NCBI GenBank assembly: GCA_041640075.1
Contig: JBEQAY010000006.1
Location: 1-39,181 of the forward strand
Source: Candidatus Nanohaloarchaea archaeon
Lineage (GTDB): Archaea > Nanohalarchaeota > Nanosalinia > Nanosalinales > Nanosalinaceae
Direction: 5' to 3'
Length of the DNA: 39,181 nucleotides
Part shown: positions 27,262 through 35,539 of the stretch, piece after piece
Position numbering within the stretch: the first letter of the stretch is position 1
Layout of the letters: every line of letters begins with the position of its first letter
Translations under genes and position numbers: made by a program
The notes under the pieces: model-generated
What the model saw: the letters and a program-made list of their open reading frames with translations, nothing else
The model's database searches: none
Told to the model about the DNA's origin: nothing

Positions 27262-27408
27262 TTAGTGCTGTGTGTAACCGCACTTTCCGCAGCTCTTCCT
27301 GTCGTCATGTTCAGCCAGGAAGCTGCCGCAGACCGGACACTTTTCTCCGTTGAAAGTGCCGTCTTCGTTGTATTTCTCGTAGATCGCTACGTTCGCATTT
27401 CTACCCAT
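27262..27408 (-). CDS. rps27ae: 30S ribosomal protein S27ae (eS31)
   Basis: Below the ORF-track cutoff. Translated: [48 protein letters not shown], with CPxCG...CGKCGYT zinc finger. Syntenic after rps24e. Confidence 0.95.
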   Translation of the reverse strand: MGRNANVAIYEKYNEDGTFNGEKCPVCGSFLAEHDDRKSCGKCGYTQH

Positions 27409-27462
27409 TTACCGAAACACCTCTGTGTTTCTGGTAAGGCTGAAAATCTTTGATTTTCGCAT
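27409..27462 (-). CDS. Candidate 17-aa upstream ORF (MRKSKIFSLTRNTEVFR) spanning two hairpins
   Basis: SD AAGGTGA 6 nt upstream of the ATG; its TAA is followed directly, in frame, by the rps27ae ATG. Confidence 0.4.
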   Translation of the reverse strand: MRKSKIFSLTRNTEVFR

Positions 27463-27473
27463 TAGATTTCACC

Positions 27474-27911
27474 TTATTTCTGGCTTTCAAGCCAGTCGAT
27501 TAGTGTTGTACGGTTTTTGTTGTCTTCTTCTGCCTTGATTAGAGCGTCGTAGTCAGGGCTTTCCAGGTCTCCGATTGCGTCTTTTGCATCGGTGATGGTG
27601 CCTGAGACGATTTCCTCGTATTCCTCTGTTACTTCAGTTGTTTCTGAAGTTGTCTCTGCTTCTTTTTCAAGGTCTTCGCTGTATTCGAATTCTTCGTAGA
27701 CCTTGAGTTCTGTGATTGAGGAGTTGCTTCCGTAGCCGGTTTTGATTGTTCCGACTTCGATTGCCTCCTCGTTCAGTGTTTTTTCTGCTGCGAAGCGGCT
27801 TTTGATGTCTTCTCTGCTTGGGGTTGCTTCTTCCTCGTGGTCGACCTGTAGTGTTACCTGTCTGCGGTCGAGCAGAGGATTGTCTCGTACTGATTCAATT
27901 TGAACTTCCAT
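27474..27911 (-). CDS. rps24e: 30S ribosomal protein S24e (eS24) with an extra C-terminal helical domain
   Basis: NPLL.R, TPSR, T.YG, KVY. Start at 27911 after SD AAGGTGA. Confidence 0.93.
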   Translation of the reverse strand: MEVQIESVRDNPLLDRRQVTLQVDHEEEATPSREDIKSRFAAEKTLNEEAIEVGTIKTGYGSNSSITELKVYEEFEYSEDLEKEAETTSETTEVTEEYEEIVSGTITDAKDAIGDLESPDYDALIKAEEDNKNRTTLIDWLESQK

Positions 27912-27922
27912 AGTATTTGTTT

Positions 27923-28111
27923 TCACCTTACACTTATTGCGTATCTTCCGGCTACACTTACGCCGAGTTGTTCTGCGATTTCACTGTCTTCTGGGTCGTA
28001 GATAACTACAAGCCCGCTCCAGTTATCTCTTAGATCGTTGTTCTTGTCGATAGGACATTCTGTTTCTTCTTCTACCAGTCTGTGGCACTCTGAGCAAGCT
28101 TTTTCACTCAT
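27923..28111 (-). CDS. spt4: Transcription elongation factor Spt4 (RpoE'')
   Basis: KACSECH, WSGLVVI.DP..SEIA..L....GRYA. Confidence 0.95.
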   Translation of the reverse strand: MSEKACSECHRLVEEETECPIDKNNDLRDNWSGLVVIYDPEDSEIAEQLGVSVAGRYAISVR

Positions 28112-28114
28112 GTT

Positions 28115-28687
28115 TTATTCCTCTTCTTCGTCTTCTTGTTCGGCCTGTTCTTCTTCGTACTGTTCAATCCATTCGTCCTTTCCTAGGCCTGGCTGTCTCA
28201 TAGTCAAGTTGATTTTGTTTGTGTCCTCTTTACCGAGGCTTACTGCGATTATACGTGCTGTTACTTCGTCTCCGATCTCTAGAGTCTTGTCGCCTTCTTC
28301 GGAGACAAGCATGTTGTTTTCTTCGTCGAGGTTAACATATTCATCCATGATCTGTGAGACGTGGCATAGGCCGTCAAGTGGTCCTATGCGGATAAATGCT
28401 CCGAAGCTTGTAATGTCTACTACCTCTCCCTTTACGACTTCTTGAAGGTTTGGTTCGTAGACGACTGCTTCGTATTCTGCATCGTAGTGGACTCCTGCGT
28501 CTTCAGGTTCGATTTCTCCGCCTTCAATGGAGTTAACCTTGTCAACTGCAAGGATTACTCCTGCTTCCTCGGAGATGCTCCCTTCAACATTCTTTCTGAG
28601 AGCTCCTTTTACACTTTCTTCAAGATCTTCTCCCAGGTTTTCAGGTGGCACCCTGATGGAATCCGCTATATCCAGTCTCTTGTACAT
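28115..28687 (-). CDS. rpoE1: RNA polymerase subunit E' (Rpo7)
   Basis: RVPP, FGAFIRIGPLDGL.HVSQI.D, LTMRQPGLGK..W. Confidence 0.96.
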   Translation of the reverse strand: MYKRLDIADSIRVPPENLGEDLEESVKGALRKNVEGSISEEAGVILAVDKVNSIEGGEIEPEDAGVHYDAEYEAVVYEPNLQEVVKGEVVDITSFGAFIRIGPLDGLCHVSQIMDEYVNLDEENNMLVSEEGDKTLEIGDEVTARIIAVSLGKEDTNKINLTMRQPGLGKDEWIEQYEEEQAEQEDEEEE

Positions 28688-28788
28688 TTCATTCTACCTC
28701 TATGGAACATAAACCGAGTCGACGTCAATTCTTAAAAAGGATTGTCAGTGATATACGGAAAACACGTTGAATTCAAAGCTACTGCTAT

Positions 28789-29166
28789 TCACTTGAGGTG
28801 CTGTTCGTTCACTTTTTCCAGGTGGTTGCCGCTTCTGACTATAACGACTTCTCTTCCTTCGTCAATTAACCTGTTCTTCAGTTCTTTGTCGTTGGTCGCT
28901 GTGACAAACCCTTCGGAGAGCCTTACAATCAGATCGTCTACTTCCCCTTCACCGGTAGTTTCCAGTACCTCTATGTCTTTGTTGTCGATAAGTTTTTCCA
29001 CAAGATCTCTGTATTTCCCCTCTTCGATGCTTTTGGCCTCTTGGACTGCGTCGTCAAGAGTGTAAAGCTCGTAGCGTCCGTAAAGCCTGTCTAACTCTGC
29101 AAATATATCGAAGTCTAGCTGGAAAGGTGCTGTAAGGAAGTTTGTATCTAGCAGGATTTTTTCCAT
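28789..29166 (-). CDS. PIN-domain protein (Fcf1/Utp24-like)
   Basis: ILLDTNFL, VDD, ATNDKELK. Conserved position upstream of rpoE1. Confidence 0.9.
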   Translation of the reverse strand: MEKILLDTNFLTAPFQLDFDIFAELDRLYGRYELYTLDDAVQEAKSIEEGKYRDLVEKLIDNKDIEVLETTGEGEVDDLIVRLSEGFVTATNDKELKNRLIDEGREVVIVRSGNHLEKVNEQHLK

Positions 29167-29230
29167 TGATCTTTTCTGGAAAAGTTTTCACTGGAAAATG
29201 TATTAAAGTCTGCTCGAGTCTTCAGTTCTC

Positions 29231-30259
29231 ATGGAATTCGATCACAGGGCTTCAAGTCTAAAACAGGTAGAAATAACCGATGAAGCAGAGATAAAATACA
29301 GTGGCCACAAACCTCAGGTCGGCGACGTAGTCGCAGTCAGGATCCAGAAAGTAAACGATACTTACAGAGAACTGGATCTTGAAGGTGGAGAGCTTGTTGA
29401 ACTGGAGGAGGGAGACATTGTCCTAGGGGTTCTAGGAAACCGTTCAGGCGTTAAAGGATATATCGGAAAAGTACCGGAAGAACTTGAGGAAGATGACTCA
29501 CTCAGCTTCCTGGGTTCTGGAGGAATTTTCGGGGACTACATCAGCGGTGCTAAGGAGCTTGATGAACCCTGTGAAGCAGAATTTCTGGGCTACCTGAAGG
29601 AAGGAGAAAAGATACTGAACACCAGGGACTTCGGTATAGAAGGTGCCAATGAGGTCGAAGTTGATGCAAATCTTGTTGCAGTAGTCGCATCAAGAATGGA
29701 TGCAGGAAAAACAACTCTTGCAAGTAAATTAATTGAAGAGCTTTCAAAGGACTACAAAGTCGCCTCTCTGAAGCTTACAGGATCAGCCAGGGAACGTGAC
29801 AGGTTGAAGATGCTTGAATCAGGTTCAGAAGCCTCATACGACTTCGTGGATGCAGGAATTCCGTCTACCGTAGAGGATTCTGAAGTTGTTCTATCCGCAG
29901 CTAAAGGTCTGATCAACGAGGTATGGGACGACGACCTTGACTTCATTGTTATCGAGTTCGGTGCAGGACTAATCAGTAATTACGGTGTCAAAGACGTTCT
30001 GAGGGATCTGGATATCAAGGAAAACGTTTTCGCAGTTTCAGGAGTTTCACTGGATGTGATGGGTGCTTACGGTCTTAAAGAGATGCTTAATGATCTTGAA
30101 TATGATGTTGACTTCATTTCAGGGCCTATAACAGATACAACGGTTGGGAGAGAAACAGTGGAGAATCATGTAGGTGTTCCAGCACTGAATGCATTCCATG
30201 AAGAAGAGATGGATGAAGCAGTCGAAATTGTGTCGAAAAAGTTCGAATCAGTTCCCTGA
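29231..30259 (+). CDS. DUF1611-like P-loop protein
   Basis: N-terminal 'GDVVAVRI...GD...GNR'; Walker-A variant SRMDAGKTT; KLTG; DFVDAG.PST; IVIEFG.GL. Confidence 0.75.
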   Translation: MEFDHRASSLKQVEITDEAEIKYSGHKPQVGDVVAVRIQKVNDTYRELDLEGGELVELEEGDIVLGVLGNRSGVKGYIGKVPEELEEDDSLSFLGSGGIFGDYISGAKELDEPCEAEFLGYLKEGEKILNTRDFGIEGANEVEVDANLVAVVASRMDAGKTTLASKLIEELSKDYKVASLKLTGSARERDRLKMLESGSEASYDFVDAGIPSTVEDSEVVLSAAKGLINEVWDDDLDFIVIEFGAGLISNYGVKDVLRDLDIKENVFAVSGVSLDVMGAYGLKEMLNDLEYDVDFISGPITDTTVGRETVENHVGVPALNAFHEEEMDEAVEIVSKKFESVP

Positions 30260-31141
30260 GCTTTCCTCAACGGCTTTCATCCTCATGTACTCCATGAATC
30301 TTTCAGCCATATCCCTGTTCAGTACTTCTTCAGTTCCTTCAACTCCTGGACAGGCGTTTATTTCACCTATGTAGAATCCTCCTTCCTCGCTTTCATCTTC
30401 GATTATATCGATACCTGCAATGTCTAGGCCGGAAAGTTTTGCGGAGTTAACAGCGGCTTCTCTCATCTCTTCAGAAGGCTCAACTTTCTGTCTTTTCCCT
30501 CCAGCAGAAATGTTTGATCTGAACTCCTCTTCGTCGCCTCCTACTCTCTTGTAGGAGTATGTTTCATCTCCAACTACTATTACCCGTATGTCTTCTCCAG
30601 GATTCTCAATAAATTCCTGGAGGCAGATATCCTGCTCGAAAAGTGTCAAAGTATCTGTTATAGGTCCTATATCTGATTCAGAGTCAGCTTTCATGACGCC
30701 TTTTCCACCGTAGCCGGAGATTATCTTGATGACGGCCGGGTAGCCAAGCATGCTCCCGGCTCTCTCGGTCTCCTTGGTCGAGAGAGTGTAAGTTGATCTT
30801 GGTACGGGTACTCCTCCTTCTGCCAGAACCTTCATCATATGGAACTTGTTTGATGCGATGGCAAGTGAATCTGACTGCATCTGGGTGTATACGCCGTTAT
30901 CTCTCAGGACCTCAGGGATGTGTTCTCCGTACATCAGGTCGCTTCCCAGTAATCTCAGGTATACAGCATCAAACTCGGTTAGATCTGTATTTGAATACAT
31001 CAGTTTGGTTCCTTCCTCGCTGTAAACCGTTCTTACGCCCTCAAGTGGAACTCCAAGAACCTTATCGAAATGTTTCTTCCCTTTCTCTATGAAGTGATGG
31101 TGCTGTGCAGATTTCTTACCGTAAATTACTGCGCATTTCAT
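30248..31141 (-). CDS. RimK-family ATP-grasp ligase (intact)
   Basis: NKF...L...GVPVP, PAVIK..SGYGGKGV, QEFI, DIRV.VVG, FRSN...GG, GIDI, EINACPG. Confidence 0.92.
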   Translation of the reverse strand: MKCAVIYGKKSAQHHHFIEKGKKHFDKVLGVPLEGVRTVYSEEGTKLMYSNTDLTEFDAVYLRLLGSDLMYGEHIPEVLRDNGVYTQMQSDSLAIASNKFHMMKVLAEGGVPVPRSTYTLSTKETERAGSMLGYPAVIKIISGYGGKGVMKADSESDIGPITDTLTLFEQDICLQEFIENPGEDIRVIVVGDETYSYKRVGGDEEEFRSNISAGGKRQKVEPSEEMREAAVNSAKLSGLDIAGIDIIEDESEEGGFYIGEINACPGVEGTEEVLNRDMAERFMEYMRMKAVEESSGN

Positions 31142-31968
31142 TCTTCATCACCTTTCAGGTAGTCTGCTACACGCCCATAGACGTTTTTACCGCTCTCCTG
31201 CTTGAAAAGTTCAAGTCTTGGATCGGTATCCATATCCATAATTCTCTCTCCCCGGATCCTTATTCGGCATATACTGGTTCCTATCGACTCTACTGCATTT
31301 TTAACTATCTCTTTCTGGGTATCTGAGATTCCGTGGTAAGAGAGACTGATTTCTCCTCCTTCCGTCCATGGAGATCCCTCTACTTTCAGGCTTATCATAG
31401 CACCATCGATGTAAAGGATATCAAATACTTCCACATCTTCCTTGTGTTCCTGTATAATCAGGAAGTCCTCCCCGTGCTCGGTTAACTCGGCAAAGGTCTT
31501 CAGGTCATCGAATTCTTCGAAAATATTCTTTTCCGCGAGTTCAAGGTTTGAGTATTTCTTTGCTACCACGGGGAAGTCCACGTTTTTACCTAGCTCAGTC
31601 ATACCTTTTTCTGTGGAGATGCTGGCTAGTCTTGGTATACTGTTGCCTTTGTCCGCCAGTACCTTGAACAGGTAAGGTTTCTTGGTCAGTATGAATATGG
31701 AGGAGGTGTCAAGATTGCATCTTACATCTTTATTGTTGATAACCTCCATCAGGACACGGGTGTAGTTGAAGGCTTTTGGTTCTGGTTTGATGTATACTGC
31801 GTCCCACTCCTCTATGTTTTCCCCATCCACTGTTACCTGAGACATTCTACCTGTTTCAGCGTCTATAAGGACTTCTGCAAGCGATTTGGAGTCTACTTCG
31901 TCGAAGTAGTTACTGAACCGTTTTTCCTCGTCTTCGAATTCATTTGCTAGAATCAGAAGTTTGCTCAT
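31138..31968 (-). CDS. Degenerate RimK-like ATP-grasp protein
   Basis: Retains KPYLFKVL...IPR, FPVVAK, IIQE. Lacks the Gly-rich loop and RSN; 'DMDTDP' replaces 'EIN..P'. Confidence 0.75.
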   Translation of the reverse strand: MSKLLILANEFEDEEKRFSNYFDEVDSKSLAEVLIDAETGRMSQVTVDGENIEEWDAVYIKPEPKAFNYTRVLMEVINNKDVRCNLDTSSIFILTKKPYLFKVLADKGNSIPRLASISTEKGMTELGKNVDFPVVAKKYSNLELAEKNIFEEFDDLKTFAELTEHGEDFLIIQEHKEDVEVFDILYIDGAMISLKVEGSPWTEGGEISLSYHGISDTQKEIVKNAVESIGTSICRIRIRGERIMDMDTDPRLELFKQESGKNVYGRVADYLKGDEE

Positions 31969-33514
31969 CGTCTTCCCCCTCTTTACGCTTTCCCTCTGGT
32001 TTCCAGAGTCTTTCTACGTTTTCCTCCCGTTTCCATTCATCAAGATATTCCTGAAGATGTTCTGGCAGCACGTTCTTCAAAATCCTGCCCTGCCTTAGGA
32101 TTCTCCGGAGCTGAAGCTCCATGTTCTTGTTGAGCTGGTCGTAAAAGGTCTCATCTGCGTAGATCAGTCCTTTACTGATTCTCCAGTAGGCTGTAGTGTC
32201 TTCCGGAGCGATCACAAGGTATCCTCGGCTTCTGCCTTCGAACTCTCCCATTGCTTCAAGCATCTCGGAGCTGTCTGCGTAGTAAACGCCTCCTGAAACT
32301 GTGTCTGCACTTGGATCTACTATAAGCAGTTCATCGCCCTCTACTCCGACGCACAGGCTGTAGTGTGCTGTATCTGCCTGTGGGAAGAGTACTGGTTTCG
32401 CGAAGTTTGGTATGATGAGTGCTCCATCGTTGAACCAGACTTTGAACTCGTCTGCAAGATCTGTTATCTTCTCGTACTCCACGTATTCTGCTTGGACTTC
32501 TCCATCTGTCAGGCTTTCAACTGCTTTGATCAGGTCCTGAGGCATCGTGCCTTTTCCGACCTCTGTACTTGAGATTTCGCCTATTTCCTCCTGGCTGTAT
32601 CTGTAGCCGAAGATGCTTAAGGCCATTTCAGCGCATGCAGGTCCGCAGTACGATGGGTCCTGCGCTATAAAGTATTTTTTGACGTCTTCAAGAGTTTCGA
32701 TGTCGTTCTGTGTTCTCTTGAACTTCAGGTCTGCGTCCATGACTTTGGAATTCTTTGTTATCATTCTGTATCCGCCGTCTGTCTCTATCTCTGTGCTGAA
32801 GAGGTCTATTCCTTTGATTTCTCCGCTTTCCTCGTCCATATAGACCTTTTCTCCTGGTCTTACGAGTCTGGTATTCTTGAGGTAGAATCCGGCTGCCAGG
32901 TTTCTGAATATATCCTTGAATCCCCAGAAGATGAGTCCGCCAGCCACGAACACTGCTGCGTATGCTGAAGCAGTGATGGCTCGGTTCAGGAATGTGTCTC
33001 CGATTCCCAGTCTCTGAAGTACTATCTGGATGACTATCAGGTACAGGAATCCTTTGACTGCAATTGAAAGCAGGTTTATCGAGTTCTTTGAGAGACCGAT
33101 CTCTCTGAAGTATGTGCTGATACCGACGCTTCCGAAGAATACTCCTCCGAAACGGGTCAGCAGGTTGATTCCTAGTATCCCGAGCATTCCGACCAGGATC
33201 ACTGAAAGTACGTTAGGTAGGTGAGATGTAAACTGCTGTGTCAGGCTTGCCGTTAGACCGGTGTTCAGGTAGAAAAGTGCTACCGCAATCACGATGGCAT
33301 CGAGCAGATAGGTTATATGACGGGTGGTCTGGTATCTTCTCTCTATAGTCTTCTTGGTCAGATCTTCTTCTCTGATCATCCAGATCTTCCGGATGACTAT
33401 TGTGATTATCTTCGCTGTGAGATGTCCTGCAATCAGTAATCCGAGTGTAACAAGTGTTCGGAAAAGTGCTTCCTGTCCTGATGCAAAGTTGGTTAGAATT
33501 TCCGGCAGAGCCAT
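31940..33514 (-). CDS. MscS-family channel fused to a papain-like (C39/phytochelatin-synthase-like) domain
   Basis: About 5 TM helices, 'GFKDIFRNLAAG', MscS beta domain 'PGEKV...GEIKGIDLFSTEIET'; then QDPSYCGPA (C290), AHYS (H384), IVDP (D400). Confidence 0.85.
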   Translation of the reverse strand: MALPEILTNFASGQEALFRTLVTLGLLIAGHLTAKIITIVIRKIWMIREEDLTKKTIERRYQTTRHITYLLDAIVIAVALFYLNTGLTASLTQQFTSHLPNVLSVILVGMLGILGINLLTRFGGVFFGSVGISTYFREIGLSKNSINLLSIAVKGFLYLIVIQIVLQRLGIGDTFLNRAITASAYAAVFVAGGLIFWGFKDIFRNLAAGFYLKNTRLVRPGEKVYMDEESGEIKGIDLFSTEIETDGGYRMITKNSKVMDADLKFKRTQNDIETLEDVKKYFIAQDPSYCGPACAEMALSIFGYRYSQEEIGEISSTEVGKGTMPQDLIKAVESLTDGEVQAEYVEYEKITDLADEFKVWFNDGALIIPNFAKPVLFPQADTAHYSLCVGVEGDELLIVDPSADTVSGGVYYADSSEMLEAMGEFEGRSRGYLVIAPEDTTAYWRISKGLIYADETFYDQLNKNMELQLRRILRQGRILKNVLPEHLQEYLDEWKREENVERLWKPEGKRKEGEDDEQTSDSSK

Positions 33515-33539
33515 GTAATTTACACTCTTGTTTCTCCTA

Positions 33540-33549
33540 GTTAAAAACC
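33540..33549 (-). promoter_or_regulatory. TATA-like box of the MscS-peptidase/RimK operon
   Basis: GGTTTTTAAC 25 nt upstream of the ATG at 33514. Confidence 0.5.
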
Positions 33550-33557
33550 TTTGATTT

Positions 33558-34751
33558 TTATTCCAAGGATGTTATTTTGCCGTGACCGATTAATCGCCAT
33601 CTAGATCCTATCTGCCGGGAAATAGCTATTCTATCGCCTTCCTCAGCGCAAATTGGAACTTTTAAGTCGATTCTGACGTTCTTACCTGCCTGGGTTACTC
33701 TTCCAGCAGACTTACCTGTTCCAACGTTTATCATCAGTGGCTCGTGTTCCTTGATGTTTTCAATCTCTTTCTCTTCCTCTGAACCTACAAGACGGTCCAT
33801 TAATTCTACTTCCATCTCTACCTCTATTGAATTTTCCGGAAGATCGCCTTCAAGACCTAGTACGTTTCCTGCAAGTCCATCAGACTTTGCCATAGCAGGA
33901 TCAAGCTCTGTTTCAACTGCAAGAAGTCCTCCAGGCTTGCCTTTATCAACAACGCTGTCTCCATGTATTATACTTTTTATCTCGGTGGTAACAGTCTCCC
34001 ATTTTCCTTCATCAACCTTCCTACCTGGCTTCAGTTCAACTTCGTCACCAGGTTCAAGCTCTCCTCTCACAAGGCTTCCGCCGATAACTCCTCCAGAAAT
34101 ATCTTCTGAGAGAGTACCTGGCTTGTTGATATCGAATGACCTGGCTGCCAGCATCTTTGGTTCGGAATCAGATTCTCTTTCCGGTGTTGGAATCTCCTTG
34201 TCTACAGCCTCCAGTAGTGCGTCGATGTTGATCTCGTGCTGTGCTGATACAGGGACTATCGGTGCATCCTCTGCAACTGTTCCTTCAACAAAATCCTTAA
34301 TCTGCTGGTAGTTTTCACGTACCTGTTCCTCGTCAACAAGATCTATCTTGTTCTGTACAATTACAATATTGTCTATCCCGATTATGTCAAGTGCTGCAAG
34401 GTGTTCACGTGTCTGTGGCTGAGGACATTCCTCGTTTGCAGCTACAAGTAGAATTGCTCCATCCATGATGGCTGCTCCTGAAAGAACGTTTGCCATCAGT
34501 GTTTCGTGGCCTGGAGCGTCTACAAGTGAAACAGTCCTGATTGAATCCCCGTCTTCATCCACGTTCAGATTTCCGTCATCGTCCTGGTAGTATGTGATAT
34601 CTGCGTATCCGAGCTTGATCGTGATTCCTTTCTTTAGCTCTTCACTGTGTTCGTCTGTCCATTTGCCTGAGAGGGCTCTGGTTAAAGTTGTTTTTCCGTG
34701 GTCTACGTGACCTACAAGTCCGATGTTGGCTTCTGGTATTTTTTCTGTCAT
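33558..34751 (-). CDS. eif2g: Translation initiation factor 2 gamma subunit
   Basis: [44 protein letters not shown]. Confidence 0.97.
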   Translation of the reverse strand: MTEKIPEANIGLVGHVDHGKTTLTRALSGKWTDEHSEELKKGITIKLGYADITYYQDDDGNLNVDEDGDSIRTVSLVDAPGHETLMANVLSGAAIMDGAILLVAANEECPQPQTREHLAALDIIGIDNIVIVQNKIDLVDEEQVRENYQQIKDFVEGTVAEDAPIVPVSAQHEINIDALLEAVDKEIPTPERESDSEPKMLAARSFDINKPGTLSEDISGGVIGGSLVRGELEPGDEVELKPGRKVDEGKWETVTTEIKSIIHGDSVVDKGKPGGLLAVETELDPAMAKSDGLAGNVLGLEGDLPENSIEVEMEVELMDRLVGSEEEKEIENIKEHEPLMINVGTGKSAGRVTQAGKNVRIDLKVPICAEEGDRIAISRQIGSRWRLIGHGKITSLE

Positions 34752-35053
34752 TCTATCTCGTCCTCTGTGAACGTGTCTGAAACGTAACTGCTTGTGAGCT
34801 CGCCGTCAGGGTTTTCGAACATCCTTTCACCTTTGTAAACCTTCTCTTTTCGCAGAGAGGTTAACAAGGGTTTGCGGCCTGTGATCCGGTATGTCTCATC
34901 ATCTGACTCCAGTTCAACGATTTCTCCTTCCACGTGATCGTAGTTCTGAAGTGCTTCTAAGTAACTGGCTAGACCGGGATCGCTGATCTTCCGGTCAAAT
35001 TCCTGAAGTTTCTCAAGTGATTTCTCCAGCCAGTAGCTGGATACTACACCCAT
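34748..35053 (-). CDS. Hypothetical protein
   Basis: Fills the gap between rps6e and eif2g with an ATGA overlap; no motif recognised. Confidence 0.65.
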   Translation of the reverse strand: MGVVSSYWLEKSLEKLQEFDRKISDPGLASYLEALQNYDHVEGEIVELESDDETYRITGRKPLLTSLRKEKVYKGERMFENPDGELTSSYVSDTFTEDEIE

Positions 35054-35059
35054 AAATTT

Positions 35060-35425
35060 TTACTCTTCTTCCAGGATTTCTTCTACAGATTTTTCTCCGG
35101 ACTCTGCTACCCGTGTATTCAACTGCTCGATCTGATTGGAAACCGTGTTTCCTCTGACTGACTTTCTCTGTCTCTCTCCCTCAGTTTCAGAGTTGAAGCC
35201 TACTCCTTCACTCAGCAGGACCTGGTGTCGCTCAGTTCCTTCTCGAGACTTCTTCATAGGGAATCCGTCTCTGTCGCTTCCACCGGTTACTTCAAGTTCG
35301 TATCCTGAAAGACCGATGATCCCGCCGTCGAAGGATTCTCCAATCTTTTTTCCGAAGATTTGTGATGCATCTTCAACTTCTTTCTGGTAAGTATTGCCGT
35401 CCTGTGTTCCGATTGTAACTTTCAT
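35060..35425 (-). CDS. rps6e: 30S ribosomal protein S6e (eS6)
   Basis: GKKIGE, TGGSD.DGFPM, RKSVRGN, QLN. SD AGGTGAT. Confidence 0.96.
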   Translation of the reverse strand: MKVTIGTQDGNTYQKEVEDASQIFGKKIGESFDGGIIGLSGYELEVTGGSDRDGFPMKKSREGTERHQVLLSEGVGFNSETEGERQRKSVRGNTVSNQIEQLNTRVAESGEKSVEEILEEE

Positions 35426-35436
35426 TTAGTATCACC

Positions 35437-35539
35437 TTTGCTCAGTCTCCCGAACGCATCGCCTCATGGGCGCTGCTTGACTCACCGCTTTCCAGAGGAA
35501 AGGGCTAGGTTTCCGAGCATCAACGTTTTGGGACGCAAA
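35437..35539 (-). promoter_or_regulatory. Candidate structured RNA leader of rps6e
   Basis: Outer stem TTTGCGTCCC..AACG / CGTT.GGGAGAC...GCAAA with two internal hairpins, ending at the SD. Confidence 0.5.

Noticed and set aside
29171..29199. Tandem TTTTC..GGAAAA palindromes in the PIN/DUF1611 divergent promoter
   Set aside because: Low-complexity sequence overlapping BRE/TATA elements; cannot be told from chance without more copies.
29231..33514. Graspetide/microviridin-like RiPP cluster (two ATP-grasp genes plus a C39-like transporter)
   Set aside because: No short precursor ORF fits the tight flanks, and the intact ligase has RimK-type motifs. Kept only as a minor alternative.
35490..35510. 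GAGGAAAG resembling the RNase P RNA P4 motif; GGCGATG resembling a fluoride riboswitch start
   Set aside because: There is no GTCC continuation or 3' P4 partner and too little space; the riboswitch pairing partners are absent.
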